DNA of 64,000 bases from Macrostomum lignano (GCA_002269645.1 NIVC01000734.1:124001-188000); one strand, 5' to 3'; shown: positions 11,569 to 23,095, counted from the stretch's first letter. A program made the numbers and translations. The notes: generated by a model from the sequence alone, not told the origin.

Positions 11569-14500
11569 ATGGAACAAAGAATGACCCCAGATCAGATTCG
11601 ACAACTTCTTGCAAATGAGCGCCAACAGTTCAATCGATTACAAAGACAGATTGAACAAATTGAACAGCGCCAAAGACAACAACGCCGCCAAAGAGCAAGA
11701 GAAAGACAGAGAGAAAGGCAGAGAGAAAGAGAAATACAAGAACAGCAAATAAATGCATTAGCAAATAATATAAGGGCAGAATATGAAATGAAGCGATTAA
11801 TAGAAAAGGCTGAATATGAAAAAAGAATAGCAGAATTAGAAAAAAACCAAAAGAAACCCACACGTCGGAAACCTCGGAATAAATCGGATGAAAAACCATT
11901 AGATGAGTTTATTAGGGTTTATCGATTTGAACCAATGCAGAATGTCCTAGATTTTATTGAAACCCAGCTTTCAAACGGATATAGTGTTGAAATTACTAAT
12001 GCGAGGGTACAATATTTTTATAATAAAAGCGGAGATGATCGCGAAGAGATTAATCAATACTTAGCAACATTTTATAATATAAGCCAATTTCAAGCTTGGT
12101 TTAAGCATTTGGTAGAAAACTACGACATGAATTTAAGTGTGTTTTCTGGAAGACTTAAAATGACACCAAACGAAATCACACTTAAACACGAAAGGTCAAA
12201 GCAGGGTATGGGCACAAATGTCATGTGTGAAATTGCAGAGTATAAAGACGAGTACTGCTACATACCTAGTGATGGAAATTGTTTCTACAAGTGTGTTCAG
12301 TTTATTTATGGTGATAAAGCTCCATCCAAAGACGAATATGGTGCTTGGTTGTACGACTCAAGAACCCAAAGAGGTTTAATGACAAATTCAAGAATTGGAA
12401 AATTCAACGAATATTTTAATCTGAACATAGGGCTGTATAACCCTAATAATCGTGGAATTGAACCAAAGTCTCAAAGAGGGATTCACCACGACTGGTTATT
12501 AATAAATTACTATCACACGACTGATTACCATATTGGTCATTATTGTCTTATATCAAATAAACAACGAGGAATCGCCCTCGAACGGATAAAAGACAATTAT
12601 AAAGTAGTATTTAAAAACCCAACGCCCGAAAATGTTAGAGCTAAAAATGTTCAACACATCCACAAATCCCAATAAATCAAATGTATACATATTTGATTTT
12701 GAAACATATTTAAATTATAATCAACAAGCATGTCCGTATGCAGTTGGTCTTTTAAACTATAACGACTTTTCTAATAATTGTAACGAAACCCCAGAGACAA
12801 TAAAGAAACTAACTAAGATCTTGATATCAGATCGCGGTTGTGATTTTCAAACAGATGGAGATAAAATGGACTGTGTTAGAAAAATGTTTAAATACCTTGG
12901 TACGGTTAGGTCAAAAAAGATTGTTTTGATCGCACATAACTCATCCCGTTTCGATTCGTACATACCGCTATTTTGTAATATAAAACCAATTAAAATTCTT
13001 AAAACCCCAAGAGGAATATTATCAATCACTTTTGTAAACGATTATATGTCAAAAGAGGTTAGAGCGTTTATAAACAAAGATAAGAAGAAGAATCATAAGG
13101 ATTCGAAACAAACCATTACGATGCTTTGTTCATATCAACACGCATCAATGAGTTTAAAAAAGTTTTGCTCATCAATGACAATTAGAGAGGATTTGCGAAA
13201 GACCTCAATGGTTCACGACATTACTGAGGACGACTACCTAGAGCGCATGGGCGAATGGTATGAATATTTACAATTTGATCTTATTTCTTTATGCGCCTGT
13301 ATTCATAAGTATAATGAAATAGCATATGAAATTGGAGGAATGACAATGTTCGATACTCTTACCTGTTCAAGTTTAACATTAAAATGTTGGTTTAAAGATT
13401 TTGTTAGAGTTGAAGACAAAATGAAACAATACCTAAAGACAAAAGAAAAAAGTAATTACATTAAAAAAGTTGAAGAAATAATATCTCCGTTAAAAATCGA
13501 AGATTATTTTGACTTAAGCAAACTTGAAAAAATGTAATACCAAACACTATTAAGAAAAGAATTTTCGGTTCACTCTCACACCAATCCTTATATAAGAAGG
13601 TTTATGAGGGACGCAGTCAAAGGAGGCAGAGTATTTGCCCTAATAAATAAATACGAAAGCGACTGTTTCCAAACAATCGTAGACGTTGTAAAAGACCATT
13701 TAAAAATACCAACAAGCGACCCATGCGAGGTTATATCAACTTATCTCAAAAGCGATATGGAAGAAAAAAAGAAAATCGCAATTAAACTAAAAAACCAATT
13801 GGGTACCGTATCAGATTGTTTAATGAATTTTGATGGAGTTTCATTGTACCCATCCGCCATGTCTGATAAGGATAGTGAATATCCAAGAGCAGAAACAGCC
13901 AGAGTTTTTGATATAAGCGAGGAAAAGGATTTTTTGACACAATTTAATTCACAAACCTTTCGACCAAAAACAGCGGTTTTAAAGATTATGTATGAGAACC
14001 CTACCAGCGTTTTTCTTCAACATCTCCCATCGAAAGATAAAGAGAAATTTTATAATCCGGAAACAAAAGCAAACGAAACAAAAACATTAAATAGGTTTAG
14101 AAATGGAAAGGTAATCGACACCTTATGTTCCGTAGACATACAAGAAATTGTAAGAATGGGTGGAAAAATATTAAAGATATATAGCGGAATTGTATATGAA
14201 AAAAATTACGATTTCTCTCCGTTACAGAATTATATTATAAACCTTTTTGAAATGAGAAAAGTATTTAAAAAAGAAAATAATGAGGCAGGTTCTGAATTGG
14301 TAAAAACACTATTAAATTCCTTATATGGTAAAACAGTTCAAAGAGACATTACTTTCACAACGCATCTCTGGAATTTGAATACATTAAAAACAGAATACGA
14401 CGACACAATTAAGTCATATGAGAAAATATGTGACGATTTATTTTATGTTGAAAAAAAGAAAGACACACAAGAATATTTAGATGAGGATGATAATCCTACA

Positions 14501-15150
14501 ACGGGTCTTTGCCCGGCACAATTAGGGATATTTATCCTAGCTCATTCAAGAAGGATCATGAATAATTTTATCACGTCTATAGACGGCTCAAAGACTCCAG
14601 AAATTTATTACGGCGATACGGATTCGTTATATATACATAAAAAACATTGGGATACGTTAAATAAAAACGGACACGTCGGAAATAATTTAAGTCAAGGAAA
14701 AAACGATTATGGAGAGGGTGGAATTATATTCGGATATTTTATCGCTCCTAAAATTAAATATTGTCTTTTGTTGAAAGATGATTTTATTATGGAAGAGAAA
14801 AAACATTTAAAGGATGTGCAAACGATAAGATTAATTTTGCATCGTTTAAAACTTTATATGATGGGCAGTCAATAAAAGTAAATAATAATGCTCCGTGGAA
14901 ACGATCGTTTGAAGGCGGTATAACAATTCCTCAAAGCGGATCAACCATATCAAAAACATATACTTCTACGATAAACACATTTAAAAGAGAAAAACCGGAT
15001 AAAAACGGAGTTATGAAACCATTCTTTAAAAACTATTTTGATGACAAACCACAGCATGAACATTCAATTGAATATTATAACAGCTTACTATTTGACGTTG
15101 ATTATAATTGTTTTGAGTTCGATATTGATGAACTAGCACTTATCGAGTAA
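11569..15150 (+). CDS. polB: Protein-primed family B DNA polymerase (pPolB) with N-terminal TP/vOTU-like region; two A-run frameshifts (~12650, ~14800) and one in-frame TAA (13535-37)
   Basis: DGNCFYKC...GHY (OTU-like); Exo I YIFDFET; Exo II AHNSSRFD; motif A DGVSLYPSAM; motif B KTLLNSLYGK; motif C YGDTDS; the shifted C-terminus gives KTFKG and runs to TAA at 15150. Confidence 0.93.
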
Positions 15151-15438
15151 AGCTCGGGACCCTTCGGGTCGGTAAAAAACTAAAGCATGTAATTGTTTAA
15201 GCATAATATCCATTTCAATTTCATATTTTATTGAGCACCAATTGTCCTCACAGTCGGTGGGGTAACTTAAACATTCTTTTACTTTTTTCCTAAGTACTTT
15301 TATTCGTCTAACCAACCTATCTATTTCGATTTCAATTACTGTTTCAGCATAAGCAATTGCAGATTTAATAAAACGTTTTCTTTTATCCATTTCATATCGG
15401 ACGGGAAACATATCATCCCCATAATCACTATAAAACAT
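15133..15438 (-). CDS. Polinton hypothetical protein
   Basis: AAAATG start, 101 aa, convergent on polB. Confidence 0.5.
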   Translation of the reverse strand: MFYSDYGDDMFPVRYEMDKRKRFIKSAIAYAETVIEIEIDRLVRRIKVLRKKVKECLSYPTDCEDNWCSIKYEIEMDIMLKQLHALVFYRPEGSRALLDKC

Positions 15439-15527
15439 TTTATTTATTTTTTATTAATATCATTAAGTTCGCGCTCTTTAGTGATAAGGATTTTTATTGT
15501 CTCCATTTTCTTATAAAAAATTTAAAC

Positions 15528-15857
15528 TTATTCGGAGTCAGCCTCCCAAACTGAAGCCAACTTTACAGTCCTATCACTCTTTTTATTTTTTGCTTGTTTT
15601 AGTTTAAATTGTAACCCACCCTCCATACTGTATTTCATAACAAACGCTTTTGGTTTATTAATAACTAAAACTGGAAAATTTTTAACATCATTCCCACTTA
15701 GACATAGGACAGCATGCCCATCTAATTGTAAAAATATCGATTGAAGTCCAATAAATTTAACCTGTCTCAAACATATAATATCATATTCTTTATTCTCCAA
15801 CATATTGGGTGTGAGATAATTAATCACATTAGAATCGGTTTTGAACCAACTTTCCAT
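15528..15857 (-). CDS. Polinton hypothetical protein
   Basis: AAAAATG start, 109 aa, normal composition. Confidence 0.5.
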   Translation of the reverse strand: MESWFKTDSNVINYLTPNMLENKEYDIICLRQVKFIGLQSIFLQLDGHAVLCLSGNDVKNFPVLVINKPKAFVMKYSMEGGLQFKLKQAKNKKSDRTVKLASVWEADSE

Positions 15858-15990
15858 TTTTAATCTAAGAAAATAACAAAAAAATGAAAGACATTTACGA
15901 ATGTAAAAAATGTAATGTGACTATGCATAGAGGTCAAACAGCAAACGGAGATATATATCATGTGTTATTCATGTTCTAAAATATATCAAT

Positions 15991-16395
15991 TTGAAAAAAA
16001 CAAAAAAGATTGAAAATTCATATTACTATTTTAAAAACACAATTTTAAGAAATCTTACAAGGGACATTTCTAATTCAATTTTAATTCCTGGAAATAATGT
16101 TTATTTATATAACAACTTTTTTCATTTAAATAAAGGAAAGGGATTAAGTTCGAAAGACTCTGAAAGGATTTTAATTTTAGTTGGATATTATTTCAATTTT
16201 CTTATACGAGAGAATACAAAGTTTATAAGGATAGGTAACATACCTAACGAAATGTTATTGAAAAAGTCATTGGAATTTTTATGTATTGATAAAAAATTTA
16301 AACCTAGGATTACAAGAGAGTTACCACTTTGGGAAGAATATATAACCTATGCGTTAGAAAAATTAAACAACATTCAATTCTACAGTACTTCCTGA
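15991..16395 (+). CDS. Polinton hypothetical protein (start uncertain)
   Basis: 134-aa ORF with a TTG start only; may be a frameshifted tail of an ORF starting ~15884. Confidence 0.35.
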   Translation: MKKTKKIENSYYYFKNTILRNLTRDISNSILIPGNNVYLYNNFFHLNKGKGLSSKDSERILILVGYYFNFLIRENTKFIRIGNIPNEMLLKKSLEFLCIDKKFKPRITRELPLWEEYITYALEKLNNIQFYSTS

Positions 16396-16955
16396 CCGCG
16401 GGCTTTGTAACCCCATAGCCATGGTTTCCGGTTTGTATTCTATAGTTTCTATCGGAGGAGCTTTGGGTTTGTCCAAACGTAATTCCTTCAATTCCATATC
16501 GGTAAAAGTTTCAACATCTAAAATTCTATTTCTATCTTTTAAATATTTTTCATATAATTCCACCGCCGTTGATAATTCATGAATTGTTATCTCTCCGTCA
16601 TCCAATATTTTTTGCACATATAAATATAACTGGTTTTTATATTTTTTTGCAACATCTCTTAACGATTTATATTTTTCCTTTCTTTTTTTAAGATATAATT
16701 TAATTGCTAAAAGTATTGATAAGTTTCTGATTAATTCAAAACCTGATATTGAGCCAATTGAAATACCTAAAAATAATTGAGATAAATTAAGAGTTGGAAC
16801 TGATTGTAAAATACCTAAAACAATTACACATAACATCGATAAGCTTCCAAATCCAATATTGAAAAAATCCATATTTCTGATATGGTTTGAAACTCTTCTT
16901 ACTTTTTAGTATATAAATCATAATCATAGTTAATACGATCAACATTACTTAACAT
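16363..16955 (-). CDS. Conserved Polinton membrane/coiled-coil protein (two hydrophobic helices then K-rich helix and ILDDGEIT motif); A-run frameshift at ~16905
   Basis: Adding one A joins MLSNVDRINYDYDLYTKK to VRRVSNHIRNMDFF; DDGEI motif recalled from conserved Polinton/adintovirus small proteins. Confidence 0.6.
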
Positions 16956-17001
16956 GTGACCCTTACGTTGGTTAAAATGATCACGTTCCCTTTTATCTGC
17001 T

Positions 17002-17328
17002 TCAGATACCGACATTTTCGTCTATTTTTAATAGCACCAAAATGAATTCCCCGCGCTCTTTGGGGATTTGTCCTGAGCTCAATAAGTATTGTATTGGAGT
17101 TATTCTTTCTTTTTTCTCCCATTTAAATCCTATTTTCCAAAACTCTTGAAGTATAATATGATTTTTTAATAGCTTAATTAATTCTTGAAGTTTCTTGTTA
17201 TCCTGGACATTTACAGTACTAAATAAAAATTTGGTATGAGATTTGAATGTTTTTATATTTGATTCTTGTTTAGGAATAGGAATAATAACATTATTTTGTC
17301 GCATCGATGGTGTTCTACTAAAAGCCAT
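17002..17328 (-). CDS. Polinton hypothetical protein
   Basis: TATAAAATG start, 108 aa; N-terminus MAFSRTPS resembles MLFSGTPS of the neighbouring ORF. Confidence 0.55.
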   Translation of the reverse strand: MAFSRTPSMRQNNVIIPIPKQESNIKTFKSHTKFLFSTVNVQDNKKLQELIKLLKNHIILQEFWKIGFKWEKKERITPIQYLLSSGQIPKERGEFILVLLKIDENVGI

Positions 17329-17344
17329 TTTATATAGAAATATT

Positions 17345-19330
17345 TTATATTGCTACGGGCGGTTTTTCTAAATAAGCGGTAGAGGGAAAATTATAACCAA
17401 ATGATGTGCTACCACAAACCGCAGCGCCACGAATAAAATGTGCGGCATCCGAGCCCCCAGTTCGAGCACCAAAACCCATAAGGGTTCCCGTTTTATCTAA
17501 ATCTCCCCAAGTTCCACTATCATAAGTAAAAACATTTTGCCCAATTAGTGTATAAGAATCACCCGCAACATTGTATGTGCTTAATTGATACCAAACTCTT
17601 TGATTAAGAATATTGATTTCAAACAGATGCCAATCGCCGTTATCAATATTGGCGTAGGTTATAGTTTGATCTGCGTCATTAAGAACATCATTACGAACCG
17701 TAGCTCCATCTGATTTTTTGTTACTCCAAACTACACCAACTCTGTCAGTCCACTCACTAGCAAACACTATCAAACCAGCGTCAGTTGTTAATCCAGATCC
17801 ATATTCGGTTGTTGGGCGTTGGTGACAGTATGCATAAAACCAAACCGCATCTGCACCATCTCCTGTAGAATTAGCAACTCGGAAAAAGAAAGACACAGAT
17901 ATATTACGAAAATGGGTGAAATTAAATTGTAACGCTCCAGAGCGACCCGACGCTTCATCAGTAATTCTAGCCCCATTTTGATAATCGATATAAGAAGCAT
18001 CTCCAACCAAACTTCCTGTTGGAAAAATATCGCCGGCAGTGGTTGGGTTTTGATACCCAGCCCAATTGCAAATTACTGGCTCGTACAAAGCGGCATCAAT
18101 TGCAGGTATTCCATCCAATTTTATTTTATCGTTAAAAGACATTCGACCATCCGCAGTTTGTGTTACTCGGGTATCTACATAGCCTTTAGTAACAACAGAA
18201 ATGTTATCGTTTATATTAGAGACATTAGTGATTGTATTACTACCCATATCAATTGATTGATTAACTACTCCCAGATTTAAATCAATAATTGTAAAAGTCT
18301 GCCTATAAATCTGAAAGGTTGATAGGCCGGGGTTGGTAGAACCCGATGTTGATGTAAGACAGAACAATCTGAAATATGAATATGTTTTATCAAAATTTTG
18401 GGTAACATTAAACGTTTGAGTTGAGTTAGTTAATGCTACAGAACTATCCGCAGGTATTAAAACATCCCAGCTCGTATTGTCATTACTCCCTTCAAATCGC
18501 CATGATGCGGGGTGCTCGGTTGAAGGTGATGGTCTACCACGTAAATCAATTTTATAACACATTATCGCGGAAGGACATTGAACCTTAATCCAATAATCGG
18601 TTTGGGTACTATTTGTTGCCCAATCTGTTGAGTCATCTCCATCAAACGCTTTCCAGCTTGCAAAATCGGTTGTATTAAATGCTGTGCTTGCAGTTATTGC
18701 AAAACCATTTCCGCTCCAATCTGAAATGGTAGGTATATGACCAGTTTCAACCGTTTGGAATCGATCCTGTTTTGGGGTTCCTCCTCCAACTAAATTATCA
18801 ACTTCGGTTTTGGTATAAGAATCAGCAACATTCCGTTTTAAATTTAACGAATTATCGACCTCTGTTTTGCTATAGGAATCAGATATATCTCTTTTCAAAT
18901 TTAATGAATTATCAACCTCTGTTTTGGTATAGGAATCAGATATATCTCTTTTCAAATTTAATGAATTATCAACTTCGGTTTTGGTATAGGAATCAGATAT
19001 ATCTCTTTTCAGATTTAATGAATTATCAACTTCGGTTTTGGTATAAGAATCAGATATATCTCTTTTCAGATTTAATGAATTATCAACTTCGGTTTTGGTA
19101 TATGAATCAGATACATCTCTTTTCAGATTTAACGAATCATTGATTTGAGTTTTGGTATAGGAATCTGCAACGTTTCTTTTTAAATTTAATTTATTATCAA
19201 TTTCAGTTTTTTTATAACCTTCATCCTCATTAATATATCGGTTATCTCCGAATGTAACACTGATACCACCCGACGTACCACCTCCACTACTTGTTGTTCC
19301 GTTCCATGAGGGTGTTCCAGAAAATAACAT
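17345..19330 (-). CDS. Fibre-like virion protein: 19-aa shaft repeats, discoidin/F5-8C-like domain, phage-fibre-like linker, L-type (ConA-like) lectin domain
   Basis: 7+ copies of YTKTEVDNSLNLKRDISDS; WKAFDG..STDW..WIKV..FEGSND..W..Y.YFRL; TKGYVD and MSFNDKIKLDGI; GADAVWF...DNGDWH...MGFGARTGG. Confidence 0.75.
   Translation of the reverse strand: MLFSGTPSWNGTTSSGGGTSGGISVTFGDNRYINEDEGYKKTEIDNKLNLKRNVADSYTKTQINDSLNLKRDVSDSYTKTEVDNSLNLKRDISDSYTKTEVDNSLNLKRDISDSYTKTEVDNSLNLKRDISDSYTKTEVDNSLNLKRDISDSYSKTEVDNSLNLKRNVADSYTKTEVDNLVGGGTPKQDRFQTVETGHIPTISDWSGNGFAITASTAFNTTDFASWKAFDGDDSTDWATNSTQTDYWIKVQCPSAIMCYKIDLRGRPSPSTEHPASWRFEGSNDNTSWDVLIPADSSVALTNSTQTFNVTQNFDKTYSYFRLFCLTSTSGSTNPGLSTFQIYRQTFTIIDLNLGVVNQSIDMGSNTITNVSNINDNISVVTKGYVDTRVTQTADGRMSFNDKIKLDGIPAIDAALYEPVICNWAGYQNPTTAGDIFPTGSLVGDASYIDYQNGARITDEASGRSGALQFNFTHFRNISVSFFFRVANSTGDGADAVWFYAYCHQRPTTEYGSGLTTDAGLIVFASEWTDRVGVVWSNKKSDGATVRNDVLNDADQTITYANIDNGDWHLFEINILNQRVWYQLSTYNVAGDSYTLIGQNVFTYDSGTWGDLDKTGTLMGFGARTGGSDAAHFIRGAAVCGSTSFGYNFPSTAYLEKPPVAI
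18794..19216 (-). repeat. 57-bp coding tandem repeat (7 full units and 1 partial)
   Basis: Recurrent TTCGGTTTTGGTATAxGAATCAGATATATCTCTTTTCA core at 57-nt spacing. Confidence 0.95.
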
Positions 19331-19340
19331 TTTTTACTGT

Positions 19341-19778
19341 CTATTTTATAGAGTCTAAAATAATTTTAAAGTCTTCGGGTCTTTCCTTCGAGTTATTAAT
19401 TTTATATAAAAAATACAACGCCGCTTGTCCGCAATAACTTTTGTCAAAGGTTTGAAACTGTTCGTGATGATCTCCACATAAACGATTTTTAGTATGATTA
19501 AATTTGTCTTTTATTTCCTGTAACGGAGGAAGCGCGTATGAATCAAAAAAATAAACAAGTTTTGGTTTTGAATAAACTGCTGACCAATGAACACCATTTT
19601 CTTTTGTCGTTTCTATATTAACAATGAAAGATCCATATCTTGGTAAGTCTTTTATCTCATCCCGCATAACACATCTGAATGGTTTTATTTTTAATTGCCG
19701 CGCCCAATTTGTTAATTCAATATTGCTTGTTGTGTCTGTTCCATATCTTTGTTTGAACGTACCCCAACTAATAGTCAT
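19341..19778 (-). CDS. Adenain-like cysteine protease (Polinton PRO)
   Basis: GVHW (His), FFDSY (Asp), QFQ....SYCG (Gln, Cys). Confidence 0.92.
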   Translation of the reverse strand: MTISWGTFKQRYGTDTTSNIELTNWARQLKIKPFRCVMRDEIKDLPRYGSFIVNIETTKENGVHWSAVYSKPKLVYFFDSYALPPLQEIKDKFNHTKNRLCGDHHEQFQTFDKSYCGQAALYFLYKINNSKERPEDFKIILDSIK

Positions 19779-19779
19779 T

Positions 19780-19968
19780 TTATGTTACTGAAAAACTCTT
19801 GGTTTTAGTTAGTTTCGTTGGTGTAGGTTTTAACAGTTCTTTTCTTTGTAAATGTCTTAATTTTGTTAGTTCTAGTTCATAATTATCTTCAGCTTTTTTA
19901 ACTTTTTCCGTTTGTTTTTTTATCGCATTACCGGTCTCAGACCGCGAACCTGTTTTTTGGTTACCCAT
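19780..19968 (-). CDS. Small basic Polinton protein
   Basis: AAAAATG start, 62 aa, packed between PRO and mCP. Confidence 0.45.
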   Translation of the reverse strand: MGNQKTGSRSETGNAIKKQTEKVKKAEDNYELELTKLRHLQRKELLKPTPTKLTKTKSFSVT

Positions 19969-19981
19969 TTTTACTATGGGA

Positions 19982-20767
19982 TTAAACCTGTTTTATACGT
20001 AAAATTACCGTTATTGACTGCCCTCCAAAACTTATTAACCTATCGCTTTCATCTACGATCCTAATATAAATTGATTGAACAGTATATTGATTTAAAGGAT
20101 AATATATTGGGGTTTGGGGTGCAACAATCATTTTCTCTCCAATTGGAACGGCAAGAAACGGGATTGAATAAATGATTCCACGTTGAACCAAAACACCATT
20201 ATCATCTGTTATATAACCGCCGTTTGATATGTCGGTTGTTATATTAATTGTATTAACTCCACCCTCAATATTTCCCACTGTATCGCCGGTGCTTGATGTG
20301 GTAACTATTCGGGAATTAAATCCAAGTATGGTTCTGAGTGAATTTGCAATTGTGAAATCAACCTGATATCCAGACCCTAGTGATAGGGTGAATCTTCCCG
20401 ATGGTAAATCAACACCTATAACAATCGCGCCCGCTACCCAATCACCATTAGCTGTTAATTCACCTTCTATATAAGCATTCAAATCGGTATAGCTATAAGC
20501 GCCCGGGTTAACACTAAATGTTGTCCAATTGGCTCCGGAATCTTTAGAATATCTAAATTGATTGTTTGTTGCATTAATCAATTGAGGCATGTTAAAAACT
20601 GAAAACATTATTAAACCAATTTGATAACTTAGGCTTTGATCGAGTTGTAACGGATCGCGCAATAGAATCCGTTGTTCGCTGGTTGTCATTATAAACTGTA
20701 GGGTTGTACTAAACTTTGAATTAGTTCGATCTACCAATTGTTTTATAGTGTCTAAATTTGCTGCCAT
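19982..20767 (-). CDS. Minor capsid (penton) protein
   Basis: NNQFRY, PGAYSYTDLN, LRTILGF, and C-terminal IYYPL..IRIVDESDRLISFGG..ITVILRIK typical of Polinton mCP. Confidence 0.85.
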   Translation of the reverse strand: MAANLDTIKQLVDRTNSKFSTTLQFIMTTSEQRILLRDPLQLDQSLSYQIGLIMFSVFNMPQLINATNNQFRYSKDSGANWTTFSVNPGAYSYTDLNAYIEGELTANGDWVAGAIVIGVDLPSGRFTLSLGSGYQVDFTIANSLRTILGFNSRIVTTSSTGDTVGNIEGGVNTINITTDISNGGYITDDNGVLVQRGIIYSIPFLAVPIGEKMIVAPQTPIYYPLNQYTVQSIYIRIVDESDRLISFGGQSITVILRIKQV

Positions 20768-20788
20768 TTTTATAGTGTAAAACGTGCT

Positions 20789-21550
20789 TTACTCCTCGTC
20801 CTCATTATCTTCTTTTATCAAATTTGTTAAGATTCGATTTTTTCTTTCTAACCTAGGGTTGATATATATGTGTTTGTATTGACTATCATCCCAAATTTTT
20901 TTACACATACTTTTAAATGGTTTTGTATCCAACCCAGGATTAAATCTCGCGTGTATATTTTGTAAATCATAGTTATCTAAATCAAACATTACACAACAGC
21001 TAGCATTCTTTTTTATAATCGATTCTAATTCTCTAAAGGATTGAGTAAGATAAAAAGCTCCAATTCCATCTCCTCTACTACTAACAAAAATTTCCTTTTG
21101 CAATTCTTGATCTCCGTCATTAATACAATCATCAAATATAATTAGTGTTTTATCGTGTTTTGGAATTTTGTCATAAGTTAATCTGTTTGATATTGTAATT
21201 GTTGGAGAATTGTTGTCTTTATTTTCTGGAGCTTCTGCCGTTTTTTTACATAAATCCTCAATGTCTTCTAGGTTAAATCGTGGTTCGTCGTCGTCCTCAT
21301 ATTTCTCATATGCTCTTAACATTCTAAACAAGATATCTTTTTTTAATTTGTTTTTTAATCCATGTTTAAGAAATTCATAATATTTTATTTTAGGTTTATT
21401 AGTATAAATTATTAAATTATTATAGTCTAACATTCCATCGGTTGTTAACAGATCATAAACAAAGTGTGTTTTTCCTTTGTCAGACCCACCAATTACTAAA
21501 CAAAGAAAAGGATCATTTGGAAATATTTTATTATGTTTTGCTTTTACCAT
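20789..21550 (-). CDS. A32-like (FtsK-HerA superfamily) genome packaging ATPase
   Basis: Walker A GGSDKGKT, Walker B LIIFDD, SRG....YLTQS. Confidence 0.92.
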   Translation of the reverse strand: MVKAKHNKIFPNDPFLCLVIGGSDKGKTHFVYDLLTTDGMLDYNNLIIYTNKPKIKYYEFLKHGLKNKLKKDILFRMLRAYEKYEDDDEPRFNLEDIEDLCKKTAEAPENKDNNSPTITISNRLTYDKIPKHDKTLIIFDDCINDGDQELQKEIFVSSRGDGIGAFYLTQSFRELESIIKKNASCCVMFDLDNYDLQNIHARFNPGLDTKPFKSMCKKIWDDSQYKHIYINPRLERKNRILTNLIKEDNEDEE

Positions 21551-21569
21551 TTTTAAAGATAAAATTTAA

Positions 21570-23061
21570 CTACTTTTTATCTACGGGCACCTTATTAGCA
21601 ACTGTACCATCTGCTAGAGCATATGCCACATATTCCTCTAGAAGCAATACGTGGGCGTCTAGTGCCTGATTACCGGTTTTATTAATCTCTAACAGATAAT
21701 TCAAACCAAGGTTGGCTACATTTTCTTTCTGTGCGGTTAGATCAAAAACAACCACTGGATGAATGTTTAGAAACTCCGTGGGTGTGTACTGAGGAACGGC
21801 ATACGCTTCATTTTTGACATAATCCTGATAATATTTTATAAAATCATTAACATTATTATTTGCTATGTTTAGATTTAGGGAGGTTTTAACCGGGTAATAT
21901 TGGTCATCAACCTGCAAGCGGACATTCTGAACATTAAACTCGTTAATAGCTGAAACCGCGTTGTCTGTTGCGGTGGCTGCCTGAGCTGCCACGTCTCCTG
22001 ATTGAAGCCAATATAAATCTCCGTTTGATCTTTTACTGCTTCTATTTGTTATCTTAAACCATACAAAAATATATCTAGCCCGCCGGTCTGATGTAGTTAG
22101 CTGCCACTGGAAGTAATCCTGGTTATTATTAATGGTTCGCATAAAGTGTCGCCGATTCAAATAAAATATTTCTTGATCAAGCATTATCTGCTTATTGATG
22201 TATTCTAATAGCGGTGCCGTTACCTCGAATTTTGGGACGACTAATTGAATTGATGCTATACGAACTGCGACATCGGTTGAAATAGAGGCTCCATAAAGTA
22301 TCCTAGGCTGATATCCACCAGATATTTGCAACTGAATGCCAAATTTTAATCCTTTCCATACCCGATTTGGTGAGAAGAACCCAAAGAGTGGGAAAATTGA
22401 AAAATCTTGCTCATATGCGGTTGCTGTGGTTAAAACCGCGACTGGGAATTTATTCTGACGATCTATAAAACCGGTGTTAATATCTTTTGTTAGTAATTGA
22501 ATTAACAATTCCTTTGATGGCGTCTAACTCAGCTGTAATAGTTGCCACATCATTATTGGCTATAGCTCCTGTTGGTATAGTAGGAAAAATTGCTGCTTGT
22601 CCATTACCCTTATCCGGCATCCACCCAACATTATCACCAACCTGTTTTGATAAATATAATATAAATATAAAGTATAATTTAAATGTTTCAAAACTCCATT
22701 AATCTCAGCTGGGTTTGTTGATGTCTCAACAACGGCTCCATTAACTGTTAGTTGGGCTTGGGAAAAACATTTATAAAACCAATCATTTTCTATAATAATT
22801 CCAGAACGATCTGCGAACGGCTGCAAGAGCAGTTCCATCGTTTCTGGTATACAACCATCTAACGCGGAAAAAGGCATTTTTCAGATCTAAAACGCTGTCT
22901 GTTGCCCCAATGTCAAAAGTTACCGTTCCCGTAGTAAAATTGTTTGAGTTATCACTTGTTGGTAGGGTAGCATTTAAATCTCTTGCCCTGATCTCATTAA
23001 TATACTGACGATGCTTTTTAAAATGAAATTTATCACTCCATATGGTTTTTGTTTCGGCCAT
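21570..23061 (-). CDS. Major capsid protein (double jelly-roll), broken by about three frameshifts
   Basis: Three overlapping ORFs: VTFDI..DSVLDLKNA; FSQAQLTVNGAVVE; NTGF..R, IQLVVPK, FQWQL..RARYIFVWF, NVRLQVDDQYYP, HPVVVFDLT; position next to the ATPase. Confidence 0.8.
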
Positions 23062-23095
23062 TTTTTTAAGTTAAAAAAGTTTTTTATGTTAAAAA

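Noticed and set aside
13535-13537. Stop-codon reassignment in the Polinton
   Set aside because: Only one in-frame TAA, and TAA terminates most other ORFs normally; a nonsense change or sequencing error is simpler.
18772-19216. 57-bp periodic repeats as a CRISPR array; antisense ORF 18772-19143
   Set aside because: No unique spacers and no cas genes; the period is 19 codons of the fibre ORF on the minus strand, and the plus-strand ORF is its shadow.
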